From Podarcis erhardii (taxonomy: Eukaryota), in assembly GCA_964252035.1 (NCBI GenBank), contig OZ176204.1: DNA of 64,000 nt; one strand, written 5' to 3'. Positions 23,188-35,232 of the stretch are shown piece after piece. The translations under genes were made by a program, and so were the position numbers. Each line of letters starts with the position of its first letter. Position 1 is the stretch's first letter. The notes under the pieces were generated by a model. That model ran no database searches and had not been told where the DNA came from. It saw only the letters and a program-made list of their open reading frames with translations.

Positions 23188-24829
23188 GCTCCACCACTAT
23201 TCATGAGCCATGTGTGTATGCAGCACCAATTCCGTGCTACTCAAACATCTCTCCATTATGTGTTTAGTTTCCAAACTGGCATATTATGGTTAACATCTAG
23301 GGCTGCAATCTTAACACCACTTACCTGGGAGTAAGCGCTATTGAATTCAATTGGACTACTTTTGAATAGACATGGTGAGGATTACTACCCAAGCCAGAAC
23401 TGGTAACCAACCATAGGCATGCATATTCAGTCTATTTGTATTTTATTTATTTTCTTTCTATATACACATATACAAAAAGAATTCCAGATGAAATTTTTAA
23501 TAATGACATTGTCGTCTTATTACTCAAGACTGGCAAGATGTGAGGAACAGGGAGAGATGGGGAAATCAGCAGCCGTTGATCAGCAAGGCAGATATATATC
23601 ACTGCCACCTGTTTATGAGTAAACATGATAAAATGCTTCCCATATATTCAGAAGTTCATAATGGTCATAGTGCAGGAAACAGAGTTATTAATCAACTCAG
23701 AAGATCTCTGAGACTCTCCTAAGCCAAGGCAATAAAATCTCCACTGTCATCAGCTTCATAAGCTGAGGAAAAAAGTTATAAGACTGTCAAGCAGTGCATT
23801 CGATTTGTGGATGCTGTGCTGAAGAACAATCACCTGAGTACACTGGCTTTTTTTTTTTTTTAAATACTTTTGCATATCCAAAGACACACGCTTTTAATGG
23901 TAATTTAAGTTGAACGGGAGAGTTAAGCACCTGCTTGAATCTCTCCCACTGAAATCAATGGGTTCTGACTTGATAAGGTCTAAAGAATTTGTGCTAAGTT
24001 TATTGCTATTTTATACAATGCCCTCTATGCATTTTGCAAAAAAGAACAAGTTTCTACCCCAAGCAGCTTACAATTAAAAACCCCCAGACAAAATGGAGCC
24101 AAACGGAGGAGAGGGCAACTGAGAAGAATTTGTGGTTATTTCAGTCGCACATGCTTAGGCTTAGTAGGATATTGGAATTTGGGGTTTGTTCCAAAAGCAT
24201 AATGGAAAATAAGGTTTGTTTGATGATGCTCTTGTAAGCACATGAGTCGCCGATAAACTAGGCCCACGTAGTCCTGAATTTTGTTTTAACAGTGGTCCAC
24301 CTCACATGGTACTCACGTGGTATGGCAAAAGACTTTCCCAGATGTCATGTTCCCAGCATCTGGTATTCATAAATATATTCCCTCTGTACAGCAAAATGCC
24401 ATTTACCTATCATGAATAATTGCTGCTGATAGTCCTGCCCTACCACTAGATTTGTCTAAATCTTTTAAAAGAAAAACAAATTTTAATATGGAATGCTTTT
24501 TATAGCACATGAGGGACAAAAAGTGCCCTCTTGTCATTTTAAGCAGCAATGCCATTTCTTAAAATCCTTAGGTTGGCTTCATGTATGTGCCTGGAACCTA
24601 CACGAGCTTCTTCTCCTTACCTTCAACCCCTTCCATGGCCTTGTCCCTCCTCATAACTCACCGCCTACAGACCAAGACCTCCCTAAGTTTGACTTTTGCT
24701 TGTCCAGTCCACATTAGTGCAAAGGTCTCCTGTTCCCTCAAATGACTTATCTGCCGCTTTTAAAATTATATTTATATCTCACGTTTCTTTGAGGTAGTAC
24801 ACATGGTTCACCCCATGTTCTATTTTAAC

Positions 24830-24960
24830 TTTCCAACAACCCTGTCAGGTAGGTTTGGCTGAGAGACGGTGACTTGCCCAAGATCACCCCAGTCAGCTGC
24901 AATACCGAGCAGGATTTGAACCTTGGTCTCCCAGGTTCAACACTCTAGCCAAACTGGCTT
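24830..24960 (-). mobile_element. Old tRNA/CORE-type (MIR-like) SINE remnant
   Basis: caacaaccctgtcaggtagg...gacttgcccaagatcacccag...ggatttgaacc pattern. Similar remnants at 28680-28805 and 46700-46870. Confidence 0.55.
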
Positions 24961-26849
24961 CATATCTATGTGGGACTGCCTCTGCACAAGGCCACGGGTC
25001 TTGCTTTACTCATGAAACCCACCTTTACAGCACAATCCTACACATATCTACATGGAAGACAGATCCATTATGTCTCATAAGCCTTCCTTCCAGGTAAGAG
25101 TGGATAGCACTGCAGCCTAAATGCATTTGCTTGGATATTGTAGGGTTTTCAATATGACACTTACCCAACAGGGTAATTAGAAGGATGAATATGTGAGTAT
25201 CATAAAATACTTCATATACTTAGTACCACGGAAATTAAATTTCTGTATTCTGCCATCAAACAAGTTCTAAAGAACGTTTATTTTTAAAACAGCTACTTCT
25301 GCCCAAGATATATAGTCTTTAGGGAATGTGCATAGTTCACATAAAGCATACTAAACAAAACTACTGTAGTCTGAAGTGAATTAAAATGCATTACTAACAC
25401 ACTGCACTTTCATAAGCTTAAAAAAATATGACAGCAGTTGGGTCAGATATTTCAATTTACTGGCTTCTCCTTAGAAATGCTTAAGTAGAGATCAACAGGT
25501 ATACAGGAGGTTTCAGAGAAACTACTTGGCAATGATCCTTTCACAAGAGTTATTCAAAATCCATCAGACAGTAACCCCAGGTCACTAACAACCTGTGTTT
25601 TACATAGTAAAGAGCCCCTCTCAGATCTTAATTACTTCCCGTAAGCATCCCTTCCCTCCTAATACCTGCTCCCTCACATTTTCTCTCAGTAAAGCCTGTC
25701 ATTATTCTGTAATAACTTACCTCTAACCATATGTCTGGAGCAATTGCACTGTCTCGAGACAAAACGGCTAATGTCTGTATGTTTCAATATGGGTTGCACC
25801 AGCAAAGTATTTCAAGGACCAATTAGCTCCACACAAGCAAAGCCAAGAATCTCACAAACCTCATTTAACCCTCCTGATTTGGGAGAGAGAGAGAACTTCT
25901 CAACTGGGAGAAATTGTCAGCACTTGAAGTCTGAGCAAAATGTAGACTGGGGGAAGTTTTCCTGGAGTGCACCTCCATGTTATCCATGTGGAGCAGATAT
26001 AATGTAGTGGCTAAGGGACTTGAACTATACTGTATAGAAGTTCCTGGGTGCAACCCCCAGTTGGTCTTATGTAAGTCCACCCTTTTTCAGCCTCTGCTCT
26101 CCACCCATCTGTCATTTGAGGATAACATTACTGGCCTAGCTTACAGGGGTGCTGGTATATGTTTTAAAAACCCCCAGATAAAATATGTGAAGCTCTTTGA
26201 AGCTTTGCATCTTTTAGGTCTACATAAAACTGTATGAAGAGTCTTTTCTCTTTGCAACACAATCTCATGAATTTGTTCTATAATAGCCACTGGAGAATGT
26301 TTCTTGTTTTTTCCTTTAATTTGTTTTTGGAAGGGCATATTCTAAGATGTTTTTGTCACCTGAGCAGCCAAGCCTAGAGATTAGGGATGGCCTACAGTTT
26401 TCATAAATTTAGATTCCCCCCTCCCAACAACTTCCATTATGACAGGGAAGCACCCACTTATATTTCATGGTAGCCTTAAGCTAAAAGCAAAATTATGAGT
26501 TGAAAGTCTGCATAATTAGCTTCTATTTCCATCTACTCCAAGCTCTGTCTTCAGGGGAGAAATTTGTTTCTGCTACTTCAACTTTTCAGTATTCCCTGCA
26601 ATTAAGTTGCCCCCTCAACAGCACCCAACACTGTGGGGAGGCCCTTCAGTACCTAAGACGAAACCAAAGAAGCTGAAAATTAAATCATCATTCCTGAGCC
26701 TCATTTCAGGAAGAAATAGCCAGAGCCAATATCTCTATATAGAAAGTTGACAAATGAAATAAGCCAATCAACCTTTTAAACGGATTACAATAACCAAGAA
26801 TTCACTTCTGCATAATCACATATACTTGCTGTCATTATATACAAGGTCA

Positions 26850-27017
<168 letters not shown>

Positions 27018-28844
27018 CTAAAAATATAGAGAAAGAGAACATCAGATCCCCCCCATTCAAACAGCACAACGATTTGCTTTGACACGTGTAGGTAATTCCA
27101 TATACAACCCCTGCAAAATGCTAACCAATAAAACAACTTACTGTGCTACATATAGAAAAGGGAATGATTTAGTGATGGGCAGACCCAACCAAACACTTTG
27201 GTTCTTCACTTTTCTTTGGGTCCTTTATCACTATAGTCTCTTCTAAGCCCTCAAGCATGATAATTTCAACAAGTCTTTATTGGTCTGTGACCAAAATCAT
27301 TCATTCAATATAGTATACGTCAGTAAAAAGTATTTGCCTCTGTTCCAGTAGTGTGTCATTTAATAATAACCAGCAAAACTGCCATTGTGACAGGCAGGGG
27401 GTGTTGAGAAGGCTGTGTATGTCTAAATAATGGGGACACATGGCACATATACATGATACAGAAATCATCCACTTATATGGGAAACATATTGGGGGCTAAA
27501 CTTGCTCCCTCTTCCTGATGGCCACCATGTCTGGGACAGGTTGCAGGTTCACACCCATCTCAGCTGTGCCAGGATTGTGTTCACTGGCCATGCTAGAGTG
27601 TGACTGAACGGTCAGAACTAGTTATTGAAATGTTGCATTTTGAACACTAAATGTTGTGGTCCTTGCAAACACACCCCTTTATAACTCATTTAATTCCATT
27701 TATGAATGGCTTCCCATCAAATATTCTGAATCAATATAATAATAAAAATCACCAGCAATATAAGAAACAATGTCAAATATATTTAAAAAAATCAAATCCA
27801 ATTCAGGTACACAGCCTGGGATAAAAACTTTATTTATAACTATTGTTGGAAAAAAATAAAAAGGTGACTGTCTGATACATAACAGAACAGATTTCGTTAC
27901 CCAGTTCCTATACTGAGTCAAACAGATTTCCCTAAGGCCATTCATCAAATTCATGGCATGTGTGAAAGGGGTGCATCCCCCACGCAGACACATGATTACT
28001 TTGCCACATTAGGCCTTTAATCAACCAAACGGCCTTTTTTCAAAATGCTCTCACTTTCAAATGTCCATCTCCACCAGGATTTGCTTTAAGAACTCTGGTT
28101 AGGGGCAGAGTGAAAGTGCTTGACTATTTCACAGAAAGTGGGGAGGAGGGGAGTGACTATGCAAACAGGTCATCAGAAAACTACCTTCAGTCAATACTCT
28201 ACAGTATATTTTAAAGAAATTCAATTCAAGGCACATAGCAGCAGAGCAAAACCACCTGAAAGTTCAGCTTACATCAGCTTCCCATCTTTTGCATTCTTAA
28301 TAAACTGCAGCTTAAGGTCAGACAAATCAACTGAAAAAGGAAGCAAGTGCTAACAACTCTTCCAGCTGTTTATCTTAATTTAGCATGGATCTAAGCCTGG
28401 CTAAATTTTGAAAAATAGGACAGGGAAAAGCTGACACAGCAATTTCATGACCAATTGCAGTATCTGAAGTCCTCTGTAGCCTAGTTGTGCTTTCTCACTG
28501 CTGTTAAAATCCAAATCATTCCACGTTACGGATTATACACACCTTATGCAACAATTTGATTCAAAACTTTGAAGGAACATGAGTAAGAATCTGCCTGCTG
28601 TTGTCACTTACTGCAGTCGTACCCTACCTCTCCTTCAAATAACTCAGGACACTGTACATGGGACATTCTCTATTTTTTGCTCACAACACCCAGTGAGGTA
28701 GAGTTAGGCAGAGAGGTCTTGGCTGGTGCAAGGTCATCATGTGAACATCATGGCAGAGCAGGAACTTCATCCCAGATCCTTGCAGTCTAAGTGTGACACA
28801 CTATTGTCTACAATGGCTTCTTGTATGCCTGAAGGAGTGTCTCC

Positions 28845-29384
28845 ACCTCCATCATTCAGCCTGGACACTGAGATCCAGCACCAAGGGCCTTCTGGCAGTT
28901 TCCTCACTGCAAGAAATGAAGCTACAGGGAACCAGGTAGAGGGCCTTCTTGGTAGTGGCACCTACCCTATGGAACACCCTCCCATCAGATGTCAAGGAGA
29001 TTATATAACCTTTAGAAGACATGTGAAGGCAGCCCTGTATAGAGATGCTTTCTATTTTTTTATCGGTTTAATGTTTTATTATGTTTTTATATACAGTGGT
29101 ACCTCGGGTTACATACGCTTCAGGTTACAGACGCTTCAGGTTACAGACTCCGCTAACCCAGAAATATTACCTTGGGTTAAGAACTTTGCTTCAGGATGAG
29201 AACAGAAATCGTGCTCCGGCAGCGCAGCGGCAGCAGGAGGCCCCATTAGCTAAAGTTAAGAGTTTCAGGTTAAGAATGGACCTCTAGAACGAATTAAGTT
29301 CTTAACCCGAGGTACCACTGTATGTTGGAAGCTGCCCAGAGTGGCAGTCAGAAGGGTGGGGTACAAGCAATAAATTATAATAAT
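28845..29384 (+). mobile_element. L2 3' fragment interrupted by a MITE
   Basis: About 88% identical by hand alignment to the reverse complement of 11546-11732. The L2 3' sequence resumes after the MITE at 29321. Confidence 0.85.
29094..29320 (+). mobile_element. pogo/Tigger-like MITE, family A (CAGTGGTACCTCGGGTT)
   Basis: TIRs CAGTGGTACCTCGGGTT / AACCCGAGGTACCACTG and TA TSD. Confidence 0.92.
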
Positions 29385-29705
29385 CAGCGCGCTTCTCCCG
29401 AGCGCCAGCCTCCAAACCAGGTCGGGGAACAGTGGGAAGATGCGCTGCGCCTCCCCGCTGTCCCCCGAGCTTGTGGGCTGCAGGCTGCTGCCTGCAAGCC
29501 TTGCGAGCCCATGGGAACTCCCGCCGGGCTAGCAAGGCTTGAGGATAGCTTCCTGAAGCCTGGAGAGCGAGAGGGGTTGGTGCGCACCGACCCCTCTCGC
29601 TCTCCAGGCTTCAGCGAAAGCCTGCATTCGCCCCATAGGGCGCACACACATTTCCCCTTCATTTTTGGAGGGGAAAAAGTGCGTCCTATAGGGCGAAAAA
29701 TACGG
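29385..29705. mobile_element. Tigger-like MITE, one end missing
   Basis: Right TIR gtgcgtcctatagggcgaaaaatacgg followed by TA, related to the 10690 family. CpG-rich interior. Confidence 0.75.
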
Positions 29706-29764
29706 TACCTAAATGAGAAGGAAAGCAATGAGTATGCAACATACATTTTACTGGAAAAGCAACC

Positions 29765-29870
29765 ATAGATGTTGCTGAACTACAACTCCCGTCAGTTCCA
29801 GCAAGCATGGCCAGGGATGATGAAAGTCATAGTTCACCAATATCTAGAGAACCAATGGTTGCCCACATCT
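29765..29870. mobile_element. Short hAT-like MITE (gaactacaactcccatcagcccc family)
   Basis: Shared core with copies at about 10950-11070, 49831-49960, 53110-53208 and 53800-53890. Confidence 0.6.
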
Positions 29871-32790
29871 GCCTTAGTGCAATTATGTGCCCTAGAATCC
29901 ACTGGAGTTCCATAGCAGACCATGCAGAAAAGGTTTCTGAAAGGCTGAGGAGCTTGAAGAGAAAAATGGCTGCTAACTTAAAACCCACACAGCCTGTCCC
30001 ATTTAAAAATGTTTCATTTGGCTCACAGAATCTTTAGGAAGACAATGTGCAAAGCCAAGAGTGGGGTGCCAGCAATCTGAAGTTCCATGCTGCACTGTAA
30101 TGGCAGAGATAAGTTGACATTTATTTTCATTTGGCAGCTTCCTGCAGTGCTCTAATGGGTAACGGGGTTAAAGAAAGATGCTCTAACATCTCACCTTTTG
30201 GCAGTGCTCTGAGAGCACAACTGTTACTTCAAAATAAAGGGACTGTGGGCAACTCTGCTGGACCACAGAGGGCAACAGAAGGGGCACAATGCACAGCCAC
30301 CATCTGTTGTGCTATTTTAACACTTGAAAAATAAACCTGAAACAAGATCAAACTCATAAGGGATATTTCAGTCTTCATAAAGTGACAGAAACTTGGCTTT
30401 GGGTATTTGTACCTTCTGCATCTGCAGCTCTTTCAGACAATCCAAAAAGGTTAACATACAATCAGTTGCTTAATCAACAGAAGCCACCAGAGGCACAAGC
30501 AGACCTTGTTAAAATATATTCATGCTACAATTTTAATATCAAAACAAGAGTAATAGTTTATCACAGGATCACAGTGAAGAAAGGGTAACTTAAAAAGTAA
30601 GCACGACCAAGAGAAAAACATGACAGACTATAGACTCCTTGACTTCCAACATCAATGGAACAGTTAGATCAGCACCATTTGAACCACCCAGACCAGAAAT
30701 ATTCCTCATTTTCAGACTCAGGGCTTACTTTTAATCCTAACTTCCAACAGTGGAACCATTTTATTTATTTGACTGTATATATCGCTGTTTCTCTGACTGT
30801 CTGCTGATACTAGTAAAATGAATATTATGCTATGTACTGCTCCCATTTGGTATATATAATGGATCAAGACAGGTGACTGCATTTTTGAACTCTCCTTTTG
30901 TTATGGCTACGGATAATTTGGGGGTGTTCCCTATAAGACTGCCATGATGAAGTCCTCCACTTCAAAATTTACTACAGCATCATCAGCTACAAGTTTATTA
31001 GTTCATTTTACCATAATAATGATTTTAGTAATATGTTGTAGACAGCTCCATGGTCATTCAGGGCAGTCCAACTAAAGAAAAACTTTATCCCTCCCTACTA
31101 CAGTTTTATTGACAATATCCTGGGAATTGTGGAGAGGGAGAAAGAGAGAATGATTAATACTATGGCACAAAATGCCCGGTCAGTTTTGGGGGTTCTTCCA
31201 ATGGTTTGAATTGCCACAGCCTACATATGTTTAACATATCAAATCAATTTATACCAAATATGTTTCTTGAGATTTCCTTTCTTCATGCAGAATTTTTAAC
31301 CAAAATGCAATCATACCAATAAACCAGGTATCAACAATTCACCTCCAAAATTTATTAAGAGAGAAGACTCCCCCAGCTAATTCTAGCTGCTCAGATTTAC
31401 TGGCTAGGAAGGTTGCTCTTCTGGCAAATAAAAACAGAGAAACATGGATGTATCAAAAGTGTTTTTGATTTTTAAGTATTTGTAAAAACTCAGCCATTTC
31501 TGATCACCGTATTTCAGCAAAATGGAAATCAAAAGTCCAGTAACTGTCAAAACAGAATAAAATAAAGGATTCCTCAGAGACAAATTCCCTTAACTAAAAA
31601 AGAGAAGCCTCATCATATTATCACCCATAGGGCAGTAATACTTGGAGGAGCTAATAACTTTTCCCAGACATTACAGAAAAGTCCTACTGCTATATAGAAC
31701 TATTTCCCCCCAAAAGAATTACTACCCTCACACCATTCATATTTCTTTTTACTGGTCATTAACCCTCAGTCACATCTGCACCTTTCCCTTCTCCTGGTGT
31801 TCCGAAGACTCAAGCGAAGTGGTTCACAACAAGTTGTCAGTCCCTGAGTTATTCGTACATGAACAAGTCGCAAGGATTTATCTGACAAAGGAACTATTAT
31901 ATTCTCACTTCCTTCACTACCGAGTCGCACTCCAACATGCCTCGCATGTCAGCTTTGATTTACTCGGCCATTTTTAATTGCCTTCTTTAATGGTATCAAG
32001 ACAGAAATGGTTTCCAAGCCCTAAAGCTTAAAACAGATTTCATCTCCCTGCAACCCTCCTTTTTAGGTATATCACAATCATAAAACAGTTTGCTGTCGAT
32101 TGCTCCACATATAAATTCATTAGCCTACCAAGAATGCCAGGACACCCGAGAAGCTCTTCTGCATAGATAAAAGCACACATCCAAAGCACACATTCTCCCC
32201 TAGGATGCAATGAAAGAGCAAAGAGCCTTTGGATGTGTATCTCGAACAGCAACACACCACACAGAACCTAACTGCGGTTTATTTGCAATGGGGCAGAAGT
32301 ACGTTCCTTTCAAAGACAAACACATCCATTAGTTCTTGGCCAATGAAACACCAGCTCACACCTGAGCTCTGGTTCAGATAAAATACTAAACTAATTAGAA
32401 TTACACCCAAACAAGGTCCGAAAGAAGCTCTTTGAATCCCAGTCATAATTTTCTATTGATCCAGAATCGTATAAACCACCAACAAATTGGTAGTGAGACA
32501 AATGGGACAAAAAGCTTTCTATTAATGACTGCCTTAAGAATGACCCAAGAAGAGACATGCAGAGCAGATGGAGACCCGTGTCATTCCATATGTGGTTGGT
32601 TTCTAACCTGCTATCTGTCCCAGCCAGTATGACTAGCGTGAAATGAGCTGTGGTCTACCAGATCTCCTATCCCTGTTTTACATTTCTACACACACCTCAG
32701 CAACTGAAGACCACAACAATTTCACACCTCTTGATGGTATAACTGACTGCAGTTTAATGCAAAATATTCCAGTGCAACAAGAATACATAC

Positions 32791-32977
32791 CTTACGGTCC
32801 CGAAATCCAGACCGCTGCTTCTTCTTCTTTTCTTCGACCGGAGCATCTTCATCGCTTGACTCAACAGCTTTCCCATCATCACTTCCTTCATTCACTACTT
32901 CTTCTCTGTTCTTCATCTTCTCACCAGGCTCTGCCCTTATATCATGTTTCACAGATGATGGTGCTTCTGCATGGGCT
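32791..32977 (-). CDS. MICU1: MICU1 exon 3 (variable linker and polybasic KKKKQRSGFRDRK)
   Basis: Acceptor ttgttttctctcAG|A GCC CAT, donor AAG|gtatgt. 187 nt, phase 2 to 0. The AG|A junction restores Arg. Confidence 0.96.
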
Positions 32978-34986
32978 CTGAGAGAAAACAAGAAGGAAGT
33001 GTGAAGCAAGAACATCTGATCTTTTAAAATGCCTGTCAGATTGTATTTTTGAAAAGCTACAAATTCAACAAGAACTTTGCAATTAGATCCTTCCTCAGAG
33101 AAGTGAAAACCTTGTTCTAGGTACCCAACAAGCACCTTCTGCATTTAAGGAACGTTAGCCCGACATGCAACCCTTAAAAGCTAAATAGGATTTCTTAGTG
33201 CAAGGTGGACCTAAAAGATAATAACCTGATCAGTGCCAGTACTAAAGGAGAAGATGTTGATTGCATTCAGACAATAGCCTGTGGCTTCAAAAACCATGAT
33301 TTATAAAGCTATAGCTGAGTATCACGGCTATGCGCTCCTCAGACCTCCACTCTTCCTATGCCAGCTTTGGCCTAGATCTCCATGCCAAAGTAGGTACAGG
33401 GTGGGAGAACGGAGAAGCATGGCATTCAACTAAGGCTTTACAAATCATGGTTTATGAAGCAGTGGCTCAGCATCCAATGTAGCGACTGAATAAAGATAAC
33501 TGAAAAGTCACTTAACGAGCAACCTAAAGGTTTTCCCCCAAAACAGCAGCACCCAATGCCAACATTTTACACCCAATATCCACTCACCATGTATACCTTA
33601 AATGGCACATACAAAACTTCCAAGGTCAGAAGCAATAAATAAATCTCACTATAAGTTTAAAACTCCCTGGCACGATGATTGAAAACACACAATTCTACCG
33701 ACCCCAGTGAATGGGAACTGTTATACTGGTGCATATAATATCAACAGCATCCAACAGTCTCACTGAATGTCTTCAAAAGTGGTGGAATAAGTTTCAGAGC
33801 AGTTCTTTCATTCAATTGAAACAATATTTTATAACTGCCTACACAATGGGCATTTTCCTGACTGTGACTTCCATGGGAATGATGGAATTAGGTTGCTAGA
33901 TGTAATAAACTTTCTCTTGCCTCCTTTTCTTAGAGTTTCCAAATACCATATCCTTTGCTAGGGGAAAAGCAGATAGTGTATATTGTACAATAAATAGATG
34001 AATGCTGTATATTGTACAAGTAAAGATTTTTCAAAAATCATTTTTTAAAGGGAAATGCAGCGCAGTGTCTCTCTTTCGACTCCACTGAACCCAAGTAACT
34101 AAAATGTACTGAAATTACTTTTTTCTGGGGTTTTTTTCCAGAATATTGACTGAGTCCACATTATTAAGTGAATTTCACACTTCCTCATTTGCTCTACTGT
34201 ATGATGAAAGGGAGAGGGCACTAGTGCTTTCTCCCCAGAAAAATATTGATCAGAAAATGCTTCTGACACAAGCCCGAAAATTCTCTGCCCCAAAATAAAC
34301 AAGCAGTTAAAGCAATAAAGGAAGGATCATAAAAATTGGTTTTGCCTTCAGAACTGCAGCGTTCACAACAAACAACCTGCTCAGCCTCCGCTCTGTTGAT
34401 TTATTTTTGATCCCCAACAAGTGATGAACTGGACTGCATTCCTTTCCTTTATGAAGCCGCAGAACTTGTAGTGCAAAGGATTGATGATAATGGTAACTGA
34501 AGCTCCTTGGCCATAAGCTATGAGACGGGAACCCAAATGCATGGCACAGGGAGTCTCTGCTTTGCAAACGCAATTCCTGATACCATCAGGAGGTGGAAAG
34601 TTAAGCGCTCAAAGTTATTTCGCAGCACAATCCTATGCATGTCTATGCTGAAGAGCATGCCTGGGAAACTCCAACTTTCTATATTTTGGGGGAGCAAGAA
34701 AGGACATTTATTACACTAAATAAACAGGGCACTTTGTAGAGTAAGATGAGCAAGAAAGGTTCCTGTCCAGAAGCGCTTTCAATCTAAATTTCAACAGAAA
34801 GTAGGATGGGACAGAGAAAAGAAAAAAAAAATAAAGGAGCAAAAATTTGTGAATTCAAGTTTAGTTTTGGGGAGAGGGGGCTTAAAGCCTTAAAGCCAAA
34901 CCTTCATGGGAAGAGCGAGTCTTTTGGTACCACACTGGTGTTCTTGAAGGAAGGAAGCTCTATAGACAACCAATAGCAAGGGAATA

Positions 34987-35232
34987 CAGCCATACTTCGG
35001 GTTAAAGTAGCTTCGGGTTGAGCGTTTTTGGGTTGCGCTCTGCAGCGACCCAGAAGTAACGGAACATGTTACTTCCGGGTTTCGTCGCTTGTGCATGCGT
35101 AGACGCTCAAAATGTTGTCGCGTGCATGCGCAGACGTGGCAAATTGTGACCCACGCAGACGCGGGTCGCATTCGCTTCAGGATGCGAACAGGGCTCCAGA
35201 ACGGATCCCGTTCACATCCAGAGGTACCACTG
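34987..35232 (+). mobile_element. pogo/Tigger-like MITE, family C
   Basis: Degenerate left TIR cagccatacttcgggtt, intact right TIR ccagaggtaccactg, TA on both sides, CpG-rich interior. Confidence 0.85.
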
